A stretch of 51,279 nt of DNA from the NCBI RefSeq assembly GCF_038025025.1, contig NW_027117348.1:1612001-1663279 (forward strand), in the 5' to 3' direction. The notes beneath the pieces were generated by a model that made no database searches, was not told the origin of the DNA, and was given only the letters and a program-made list of their open reading frames with translations. Position numbers and translations under genes: made by a program. The stretch comes from Phyllosticta citribraziliensis (Eukaryota). Of this stretch, positions 12,556 to 22,367 are shown in pieces (position 1 is the stretch's first letter; every line of letters starts with the position of its first letter).

Positions 12556-13420
12556 TCACCACGTCCTTCTCACCGCACTCTTAAACGCCCAGCACTGCAG
12601 CCTCTCCATATCCCACACCCCCTCGCGCGCATACACGTCTCCGCTCAGCAAGCGCCGTATCTCCTCTGCGCTGCTTGCCCACACCAGCCCCGCGCTGCCC
12701 TGCATGGGGAGCGGCGGCGGCGCTGCGGCGTCTTTTGCTTCGTCGGCCGCGATTTCGTGCGGCGCCCGCTCCAGCAACGCACCGGCCACGAGCCAGAAGT
12801 CGCTCGGGTAGGCGGAGGCGATGGCGGCGATGTGTTGGCTGCAAACAAGGGGATGGAGTGGTTAGATTGAGCGTGTGCTGGAAGAGTAGGTATACGAGTA
12901 GACGAGTAGACTGGAAAAATGCATGCATGCGTGTACTGCACAGAAAAAAGAAAAAGAAAGATGAGAAGAATAGAGAAGAGAAGAGAAGAGAGGAGAGGAG
13001 AAGAGACATCACTTACCCCCTCACCTGAACCCTCTTCTCCAATACGCCTGGCTTATCCGGCAGGACGACCAGCCATTCGCATTTGGGCTGCTCGTCGCCG
13101 CCGGCCGCGGTGGTAGTGGTGGTGCTAGTGGGAGTCGCCATGTCCTCCCTTTCTCCTGCTCTTGCTGCTGTGGTTTTACTCGTACTGCTCGTACTGCTGC
13201 TACTGCTGCGCTGCCCTCCAATAACACTCCGTAGAAAGCTCTTCTCAACAGAAGACGAGCCGCCACTTCCAAACGCGCGTGCGTGGGACGTGTAGCTAGA
13301 GAACGATAGCAGCAGACTACCAGCGGTACCGCGCCGTTGGTGTTGGACTCTCTGAAATTGACTCGGAGCAGCAGAGGCGTGGAGGATGCTGGACACGGGG
13401 AGGCGAGAGAATTGGCGCAT
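12556..13420 (-). CDS. YCII-related domain protein (alternative start at 13141); intron 12839-13016
   Basis: EWLVVLPDKPGVLEKRVQVR..H, GALL, MQGS, DVYAREGVWD match the fungal YciI/YCII pattern. GTAAGT...TTTGCAG intron. Confidence 0.8.
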
Positions 13421-14205
13421 TGGAGGAGTGATGATGAGGCTGAAGCTATTTATGCTCTGCCGTGGGGTGGATCTGGACGGGACTGGATGATGTGATGATG
13501 GAGGGGCGCGGACGGCGGGGGCGTCTTCGCGTGCGTGCGTCGATTGTTGCCGTCCGTCCGTGGTTGTACCGCGGCCAGGGCGACGACTGGTGGCTGGCTG
13601 CGTGAGGGTCCAGAGTGGAGTGGAGTGGAGTGGAGCGGAGCCCTGCCGATAAAATGGATGCGGCACTTTGTGAGACTGTACTGTACGTGTGTATTACCTG
13701 CTGAGCAGGAAAAAAAGTAAAGATTCTTGGGGCCAGTGAATCGAATGAATTGAATCGAAAATTCGAGCAACGGAGTTGCCCTAATGAACATGTACTTCGC
13801 TGCGGATAAGTCCAAGAGTAATTGTTCACCACTACAATTCCAACCAGGAAGCCACCAGACATTTCGACAAGGGCTGCCTGTGAAAGACGAAAATTCCATC
13901 TCTTCACAGCTCCTGCTGAAACGGTCTCCTTTTTGAGGGATGTAATTCATGTTATTGTCTCTTTGTGTCTACCATCCAAGCTCCATGGCTATAGCCAGTT
14001 CTTTTCCTTGCCCCTAAATGCCAGGCACTTTGTTCCAACGTCTTGTAAGAAGCGAGCTGCTGCCAGCGCTGCAACTAGAGGCAAAAGTCGATTCACGATG
14101 GGTCCAGCGGGACACACAGTCGCCGGCCCGGATGTAAGAATGCCGCTACAGACATGTCGGTAGCGACTAACGATGGAAAGGGACCACAACGAGAAACGGA
14201 TCGAT

Positions 14206-16040
14206 CTACTGCCCACTCTCTTGATTATCCGTTCCCACCTCGTTCTCGGGCACCACCACCTCGAGGTCGCCCTTTGAAAATCTGGCCGAGTCAAAATATC
14301 GAGCGCTTATCTTGTTGCCGTTGAAGATGCGTCCATCGAGGGCGTTAACGGCGCGGAGAGCAGACATTTGGCTGGTGAACTTGACAAAGACGGGAACGGT
14401 ATCGGCTGTCGTGTCCTTGTCTATGCGGACCTGTTCGACGCGGCCATACTGTTGCTTGTCAGGTATGCTCCTCGTTAATGTCTGAATGCTTACCTTGGCA
14501 CCACACTCCTCGCCAATCTCTTGTACGAGAACACCTTCCTGCAGCTCCTTCTCCACATCCATGCCATCGACCATGTGGAACAGTACAACGACCTCGCTGA
14601 GTGCAGGGTATGGGCTGTTTTCTTCCTCCACCTTGACCCTCTTGCCCCCAACAATTTTGCCCATGCCTTTTGGTGCAGCCCATCCACCGCCCTCGGCGTC
14701 CGGCTTTTTCTTCCGTTTCTGGGCTTGCATCTGCAGAGGTGTGACGATACCGGTTTCCTTTGCTCCGAGACCCTTGCCTTTCTCCCAACCGTACTTTTGC
14801 ATCAGGCGCTGAGCAAAGCCCTTTTGTCCCGGCGCCTTTGATCGTGGGCCATCTTCGTCCTCTCGCGCTGTCTCTGAGGGGGGTTCATCTTCCTCCTCAT
14901 CCATCATCTGGTCCATTTCTTCTTCCGTAGCAGGCAAGCCAGCAGGGGCTGGAGGAAGCTCGTAACGAACAGGCGCGCGTGCTATGGTCGCCGAGGGCGC
15001 GGGTTCAGATGGCGGGGGTGGTGGTGGAACGGGCAAATTCGAAAAGACTGGCGGAGTGTACGTCGGTCCGGGTTCGTCTTGAACTTCAGGAGGAGGCGGC
15101 GGGTTGCCAGCCATTCCGCTCAGACGCAATCGTCGGGCGTATGCATCCTCGCCAGTTGGATCATCGGGAATACTGACTGGCGCAGTAGCAGCCGGAGGTG
15201 GGGGCGCAGGCGCATTGAGGCTAGGAGGTGGAGCAAAGTTGAGACTTTTGGGTGGAGCGAATTGTGCTGCAAGCTGTCAGTGATCGCCCATGCCTGGAAT
15301 GGACAAAACGCACCATTTATTCGCGGCCTCCGCCCTTCATCTTCGCTCGAAGAGTAGTCCATGGAGTCAGCCCGCTTGTCGAAACGGTGAAGATGCTCCT
15401 TCCACTCGTTGATCTCGCGCATCTGCTCCTCGCTTCCTTTGTACTGGCTATAGTCGTTGGGGCGAGTCGGGTCGTAAATGTCGTCCCAATTGTGCTCAAG
15501 CTCTTGCTCTTGCTGCTTCTTCTTCTTTTTCTTCCTGCGGCCGCCCCTTTCCCTCTGCTGGGTTGCAACGTAGAACCCCTCCACGTCCCCATCATCGGCG
15601 GTCCAATCAGCAAATGTAGTCTTGGAGGGCGGGTTGGCGGCAAGCGCAACAACTTTGGGAGCCGCGGACTTGTTGGAAGGATCAGGTGAGCTTGAGCTTT
15701 GGAGTCCAGAGGCGCCTGGCTTCTTTGGTTTCTTTTGCGACGCGAGCTGCGGCCGCTTTGTCGGCTGGAAGCGTAGAGCTGCTGCTCGACGTCAACATTA
15801 CGCTGCTCAAGTCACTATTGGCAGCCTTGGAGGAGACGTCTGGTGCAAGCAAGCGTAGGTACCTGAGTTGATCTGCTGCTTTTTGGCGGCGGCCTCGTCC
15901 TTCGGCGCGTCGTCGCCGCTCGGTTGCTGGGCGTACAAGACGGGTGCGCTCGAGATGGTGCTCGCATTGGACCCGAGCAGGTTGGCGAAGGAGGACAAGC
16001 CTCGCGGCTGGGCATTGTTGGTGTTGTCTTCCTGCGCCAT
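14206..16040 (-). CDS. SPF45: Splicing factor 45 (SPF45/RBM17-like): SF45 motif, G-patch and C-terminal UHM/RRM; about 3 introns
   Basis: WDDIYDPTRPNDY, G-patch FAQRLMQKYGWEKGKGLG, EIGEECGAK|YGRVE...AVNALDGRIFNGNKISARYFD. Confidence 0.88.
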
Positions 16041-16330
16041 GGTGCGCGACCGTGGCAGTTCCAAGCAATGGGGAGCGAGGATAGATGTTCGGTGTTGATT
16101 GCTTGCCCTGCAGTGGTTGAAGATGGACTCCTGGCCCGTGCATTCGGAGATCGGAGATAACGCCGTCAGTTGCCTGCCCATCCAAAGCGACACCTCAGGT
16201 CGATGGCGCAATCGTCACACTTCACGCCTCTTGGATCTTCTGGCGAGCGCAGCTTTCTTCCCGTCGTCTTTGATAAACTTTGTTGCTGGTCTGCTGCTCT
16301 TCTCTGTACATACCATCCCCTTCCTGCGCC

Positions 16331-17926
16331 ATGGCGACGACTCTTTCCACCGCCTTCTCGGCCCAATCGCCCTCCACTGCCGTCATCGTTCCAGGCAAGC
16401 CTGCTTTGACCGTATCATACCGCCAACTGAGCCAGGAAATCGCTTCTTTTCAAAAGAAACTCGCTGCTCTTGGAATCACACCTCAGTCCGCGGTCTCAAT
16501 CGCTCTCCCCAACAGCTATGAGTTTATCGTCTCGTTTCTGGCCGCATCATGGCAGAGAGGGATTGCTGCGCCGCTCAACCCGGCCTACAAACAAGACGAA
16601 TTTGAATTCTACATTGACGACCTGAAATCTGCCGTCGCTTTGGTGCCCAAGGGTCAATTCGCCCAAAACTCACCCGCCGTCAGGGCCGCTCGCAAGTTCA
16701 ATGCTGCCATTGCCGAGTGCTATTGGAACGGCAAGGAGGTCGTTTTGGACGTCAAAGAGACTGGAAAGCTTTCTGGCAAAGGCGGGCAAAAGATCGAGAC
16801 CGCTCAGCCAGAAGACGTTGCACTTGTGTTGCATACGAGCGGTACTACGGGCAGGCCAAAGGCTGTTCCTCTGAGCCACCGCAACTTGACCAGAACCATG
16901 AGTATGTCCAAGCAAATCTGGAGTGAATCTTGTACTGACAGTATCACAGAAAACATTCAAAACACCTACCAGCTTAGTGCGCAGGATCGTACCATGTTGG
17001 TGATGCCTCTCTTCCACGTTCACGGTCTTTTGGCGGGATTCCTCGCACCACTGCACTCTGGTGGCTCAGTCATCGTGCCTCCCAAGTTCTCGGCCTCCGA
17101 TTTTTGGCGCGACTTTAACGAGCACAAGGCCACCTGGTACACTGCGGTGCCGACAATCCACCAGATTCTCTTGAAGAACCCGCCGCCGAGCCCCAAGCCA
17201 AACATTCGCTTTATTCGCTCGTGCTCTTCTCCTCTCAGCCCCGAAGTATTCAAGGCTCTGGAGAAGGCATTTGATGCGCCCGTGTTGGAAGCATATGCCA
17301 TGACCGAAGCCGCGCACCAGATGACGTCAAACCCGCTCCCGCAAAACGGGCCGCGCAAGCCCGGCTCTGTCGGCGTCGGCCAAGGTGTCGAGGTCAAGAT
17401 TCTTGACCAGGCTGGCGCTGAAGTGCCTCAAGGCAAAGAAGGCGAGATTTGTGTGCGCGGAGAAAACGTCACCAGTGGCTACCTGAACAATCCCGAAGCC
17501 AACAAGTCGAGCTTCACCAGCACTGGCTTTTTCCGCACGGGTGACCAGGGCAAGCTGGACAAGGAAGGCTACGTCATCATCACCGGCCGCATCAAGGAGC
17601 TCATCAACAAGGGCGGCGAGAAGATTTCGCCCATTGAGCTCGACAATGTGCTCGCGCAGCACCCTGCTGTCTCAGAGGCCGTCAGCTTCGCCATCGCGGA
17701 CGAAATGTACGGCCAGGATGTTGGCGTGGCCGTTGTCCTGAACAGCGGCAAGCAACTGAGTGCCAGTGAGCTCAAGCGGTGGTTGGAGGACAAGGTGGCC
17801 AAGTTCAAGCTGCCGAAGAAGGTCTTCTTCACCGACCTGATGCCCAAGACGGCGACGGGTAAGGTGCAGAGGAGGCTGGTGGCCGAGGCGATGCTGAAGA
17901 CGGAGAAGCCCAAGGCGAAGTTGTAG
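16331..17926 (+). CDS. PCS60: Peroxisomal acyl-CoA synthetase / oxalate-CoA ligase (Pcs60/Fat2-like); in-frame intron 16902-16949
   Basis: AMP-binding motif LHTSGTTGRPKAV, EAYAMTEAAHQM, FFRTGDQG, GRIKELINKGGEKISP; C-terminal PTS1 AKL. Confidence 0.92.
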   Translation: MATTLSTAFSAQSPSTAVIVPGKPALTVSYRQLSQEIASFQKKLAALGITPQSAVSIALPNSYEFIVSFLAASWQRGIAAPLNPAYKQDEFEFYIDDLKSAVALVPKGQFAQNSPAVRAARKFNAAIAECYWNGKEVVLDVKETGKLSGKGGQKIETAQPEDVALVLHTSGTTGRPKAVPLSHRNLTRTMSMSKQIWSESCTDSITENIQNTYQLSAQDRTMLVMPLFHVHGLLAGFLAPLHSGGSVIVPPKFSASDFWRDFNEHKATWYTAVPTIHQILLKNPPPSPKPNIRFIRSCSSPLSPEVFKALEKAFDAPVLEAYAMTEAAHQMTSNPLPQNGPRKPGSVGVGQGVEVKILDQAGAEVPQGKEGEICVRGENVTSGYLNNPEANKSSFTSTGFFRTGDQGKLDKEGYVIITGRIKELINKGGEKISPIELDNVLAQHPAVSEAVSFAIADEMYGQDVGVAVVLNSGKQLSASELKRWLEDKVAKFKLPKKVFFTDLMPKTATGKVQRRLVAEAMLKTEKPKAKL

Positions 17927-18000
17927 AGCATACACGCATTTCATTGCAGCAACTTTCCCAGATATCGACAACAAGTAGATCAAAGCGAGCCTTATATTCC

Positions 18001-19884
18001 TTGTGTTTCTTCATGATCTGATCTGTGCCTGATCTGCATTGGAATTCTCGACCCTGTCGGCATTTATTCATCAATCCCTCGCATGCTTTGCCCTGCATCG
18101 ATCGGGATCTCCCGCCGCCCCTTCTGCTCCTTGCGTGTCGCCGAAACGCCTTGTCGCCCTTTGAAGAAGGAGGACTAGACCGGAGCTCGCGCCGCTCTGT
18201 TGGAAATGGGCGTATCGTAAGTGGTTCGTTATTCTCAGAGATGCAAGGGTGCGAGCCGTCAGTCTTCATGCTGGGCTCCTGTGCCGGAATTGCTCGTTCC
18301 TGCTCTTCTCGCTTACACGGCACTGTGACTGCTCCCAGCACGCACCAGACTGGCGAGCAGTTGACTTGAACACAGAAGAAAAGAATAGTGCAACGAATGG
18401 AGAGATGGTGGCCTACTGATGCACTCAAGCAGCAGACTTTCTTGACACTGCTGCTTCTACACTTATGCAGTACTTTCGCCATAACCCACCCTTTATTGAG
18501 CATCTCCCCAACCAACCAGACCAAAAAGCAAAGCAATCAATGTCTACCGAGGGCACTCTCCTCTCGCCTACCTGAGCAAATCCTGCAGACTAGCCGACTC
18601 GAACGCGTCACCTCTCTCTGCTGCCTTCCCAGTTGCACCTCATCCCTGCCCAGACACGCCCAGCCTCCCCTTGAACAAAGCAAAAAGGCAGCAAACCAAA
18701 ACGCAAAACGGGGGTGGGAAAGGGAGAAGGTGAAGTGCTGTCCAAGTACGCCAACGGCACCTCAGTTCATGTCGAGGCGAAATTTGAGATTTATCAGTGT
18801 AGACGGCGTTTTTTGAGAGAGGCGGAGTGATGAGTGGACGTTGCTGCGCTGTTTCTTCTTTTAATCGTCTGCCTTTTGGTCTGATGTTGAGTCAGAACGT
18901 CGAGCTAGCTGTTGGAGGGAAGAGATGGTTGAATTTGTGATCGGTGTGGTTGTTGAGGGCTTTTTGTTTATGTTGTAGATTGTTGATGTTAAAATTAAGC
19001 AATCTATTATGACTGACTATGAAAAGATTATAATGCGTGAACTGAACTTTTGCGCATCCACCCTGCAAAAGTTCTCTATTATACACACTACAATCAGCAT
19101 TTCTGTGGAAGCCTCGTAAAGCAGTCAGATATTTGTTGCAGGTTGTGGTTGTGGTCGTGGTGCTGATGCGTCCGCAGACCTACGTCTCGTCCACCTATGT
19201 ACCTCGCCAGCAGCAGGAACCTCTTCTCTCCGCACCACCAAAGTCTCCAACACTTCTACCACACGCAGTCGCTTTCCCGGACTCTCTGTTCAGGCGGCAT
19301 CTTACTGAAAGGCCCACACGTCCAGCTTGCGAACCACACAAAGCCGTCGGCAACACACACCACCATCACCCTGTCCCACGACGTCGACATCAGCCACAAC
19401 GGCATACCCCATGCGGCAGCGCCAAAACAGCCCACGTGCTCCATAAGGCTGAGCCTGCTAGTGCGGCCCCAAAACTGCTCTTCTCATTCTTTTATCACTT
19501 TCACATGTCAAAGAAATTGTCTGGCTGGGCGTTGCTATTTGATTGGTGAGGATGAGGTGATGCGTGACGGTCCGAATGGCGTTTGTTTTGGGGACGTGGT
19601 GATGTAATTGACAGGGCGAGACTGCGGCTGGCTGGCTGATTGTTGGCATGTGAAGATGGGTGGGTTGATTGAGTGTTTGCGGCTGACTACTGGCCGACGT
19701 CGGTCCATTTGCTTGGACTGCTGCGGCGAACTTTCCGTCTCCGGGTTTCTCAGCGCAAAGCGTCTGGGTATTTCTGCGGCGTTGGATGATATGTCACCGG
19801 CTTCGTTCGGCGGTGGAGATGTGTGGCTATGAAATCTTGAATTTGTAGAAGGTGTAGATGAGATCTGTCTACGTAGTTACATCG
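18001..19884 (+). ncRNA. Putative large (~1.9 kb) structured non-coding RNA, family unassigned
   Basis: Series of strictly nested complementary segments from 18015/19865 inward to 18910/19252, G-U pairs favouring the + strand, and no credible ORF (see findings). No expression evidence available. Confidence 0.6.
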
Positions 19885-20059
19885 TCTAGGTGGTCCAAAA
19901 TCTCATGCTAGATACCCTCGTGTAGGTTGTTTGCAAAAAACGCCATATCCAAAATCCCAAAGTCGACAGTGTCTAACCCGGCAAATTCATAGGTACCCAA
20001 GACTCCAGTCCCAAATTCTTGTGCCGATTGAGCGGCTTCGCTTTCAAAGCATTCCAAAA

Positions 20060-22247
20060 TCACAACTTGGCCTTGAAGTCCCTGCTCTTGTCCTCCTTGA
20101 AGAGCACCGGGCTGTCCGGGTACGGGTCCACCGTAATGGCGTTGAGCGGGTTGAGCTCGCTGGCGCGGCGGAACATGTCCTCGTACACCTTGCCGTCGTA
20201 GCGGCCCAAGCTGCTGTCGAGCTGCCAGTCGGGGAAATCCCACGAGTCGACCAGGCGCACGGCGTGCGGCCGGATCTCCTTGAGCAGCTTCATGACGGCG
20301 CTGGTGCGGCACAGCTGGATCTGGCGCACCGTGACGGCCGCCGACGTGTAAAACTCGGACGCTTCACTCTCGAGCGTGTGCAGCGAGTACAGCCGGAACA
20401 GCTTGTACATGATGGTGTGGATCTCCGGGTCGAATTCGGGGCGCGCCTGCGCCGAGTGGATCGTTTCGTAGAAACTCTTGACGATGAGGTACTGCGAGTG
20501 CGCCTTGCTGAGGCGGTAAAAGTCGACGAGCAGGTCGTTCCAGGGCTTCTTCTGCTCGTCACGCTGCTTGAGCGCTTCGAACGTAAGGAACGCGGTGCGC
20601 CAGGCAAAGGCAGCGACAATGTCCTCGTCCTTGCCCAACACGTCAAAAGCCGCGCCCATGTCCGACTTTGACAGGAAACTGGTGAGGATGGTCGTCGTGT
20701 CGTTGGTGGGCTTCTCGCCGCGGAGAACGCTGCGGGCGGACTTGAGCAGGTACCGCGCCACTTGCTGCGTCAACATGTAGTTGTCGCCCTCCCAAGTCAC
20801 GTTGGGAAGGTAGTCGGCATACCAGGTGCCGATACCACTGAAGCTGCTGTAGCCGTGGCCTCCGCAGGCACGGCGGCAGACCTCCAGACCTTCAGCAGCG
20901 GTAGAGCTGGCAAGGGACTTGAGACCGCAGGACGTAGCGTGCATGTCGGCCAAAATGTCGCTGCCGGGCTCCGTCTCTTCTGGGCCAGGAGCCCGGTTTC
21001 CAGTACCGTTCTTGGGGGCATTGATCTTGTCTTGACTCTCCTGGTAGAGTCTCATCATGCCCTGACCAGTAAAGTGCAGGGCGAATGTCGCAGCAAGGAG
21101 CGTAAGCAGACGAATCTGCACCATGGTGTAGTTCAACACCTGAGTCTCACCCCGCCGATCCTTGGCATCGTTGTCCTGGAACTGTCTGCGGACCGCGCAA
21201 TAACGGATGGCGATGGTAACACCGCGAGCCAGGACACCACCGGCTTGCATGACGATATTGCTACGGACCCAAGTCAACGTTCCGTAGACCAACGCGGGCT
21301 TTTCGGGGCGAATGTATTTGTTGGTCTTGGTGTCCACGCAGGAGTATCTGGCGAGCATGTTCTTGTGCGGGACTTTGACCTTGTTGAAGAGGAGGAATCC
21401 ATTGTCCATGGTGCTGCAGATAAAGTCAGCCAAAACCCGCAGAGCATTGCAAAGTACTCACTTGTAACCAAACTTTGGACCAATGTCGCCAATGTGGATG
21501 TTCGGCAGCGGCTTGTGCGTCTTCGGGTCCCTGACGGGAACCATGAACGGGTGAGGACCGTACGGCTTGCCTGCAATCACGAGCTGGGCCATGACGACAG
21601 CCCAGTTTGCAGTGCGTCCAAGAGATCCTATCCACCATTTCGCCGATGTCAAGTGTGGGGAGTGTATGGTAAAGGTCTGGTCTTCGGGATTCCAGGTCGC
21701 AGTCGTCTCGAGGCCTCGCACGTTGGAGCCGTGGCCCAGCTCCGTCTGGGCGTAGCATCCCATGTACTCATAGTTGGCGGCCTTTTCGTAGAAGAGTTCT
21801 CGTTGCTCGGGCGTGGTTTGGTTCTTGAGGGTGACCTGGATGCAGGTCAGCGTGGATAAGCTCGAACGGAGAGGTTGTGCGCACCAGAAACATGCTCTCG
21901 TGCAGAGCGTACGGGGTGGGCTCGCTAATGAGATCATTGGCCACGCGAGAGTCGTCGTCTGTGAAACCGTGTTTCACGGCAAGTTGACGCAGACGCTTTG
22001 CTCTAGCGAGGGCAACCTCGAAACGGTCGACGCGGCCATGGTAGTAGTTGGGAGTCTTGTCAAACACCTTTTCCTGCTCGAGAATCTTCAAGACACGCTT
22101 CTTGCGCTCAATCAAGTCGTTGCCAAAGAGGTACTGGGTGAGCTTCTCCACAGGGATGTTGCTCTGAGCTCTTTCTTGGGCGAGGAGCTCGTGGCCCTGG
22201 GGGCCAGAGGGCTTGAGAGCCTTTACCCAGTCCGGATTCGAAGTCAT
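20060..22247 (-). CDS. Peroxisomal acyl-CoA oxidase (Pox1/AoxA-like); introns 21836-21884 and 21414-21461
   Basis: [69 protein letters not shown]-terminal PTS1 AKL. Confidence 0.95.
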
Positions 22248-22361
22248 GTCTTTGATACGGGGCGATGAAAGGGGGACGCAGGAGAATTGCGGCGTGAATG
22301 GAGCATGGTGTCTGTTCAAAGCTAAAGTACGTTCGGCCCTACAGCGCCGAATCTGGACATG

Positions 22362-22367
22362 CCGAGG
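22362..22367. promoter_or_regulatory. Possible FarA/FarB-type fatty-acid response element (CCGAGG)
   Basis: CCGAGG lies ~115 bp upstream of the acyl-CoA oxidase ATG. The core is known from Aspergillus beta-oxidation promoters, but a hexamer can occur by chance. Confidence 0.4.

Noticed and set aside
18827..18884. Box C (GTGATGA) and box D (CTGA) suggesting a C/D snoRNA
   Set aside because: Span is only 58 nt with no terminal stem, the D box lies inside a long-range helix, and I recognised no rRNA guide.
17829..19832. ORFs of 62-235 aa across the PCS60-ACOX gap
   Set aside because: Mostly non-ATG starts, no recognisable motifs, overlapping on both strands; better explained by RNA structure.
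17930..20050. Telomerase RNA as the identity of the large structured RNA (size fits Pezizomycotina TERs)
   Set aside because: No ~1.5-repeat CCCTAA template on either strand within the folded region. Only TAACCC (18482, inside a helix) and CTAACCC (~19973, outside the fold) occur.
5780..21859. Other long antisense ORFs (5780-7036, 8045-8959, 11399-12562, 20762-21859)
   Set aside because: They lie opposite well-supported genes with high GC3, which suppresses antisense stop codons.
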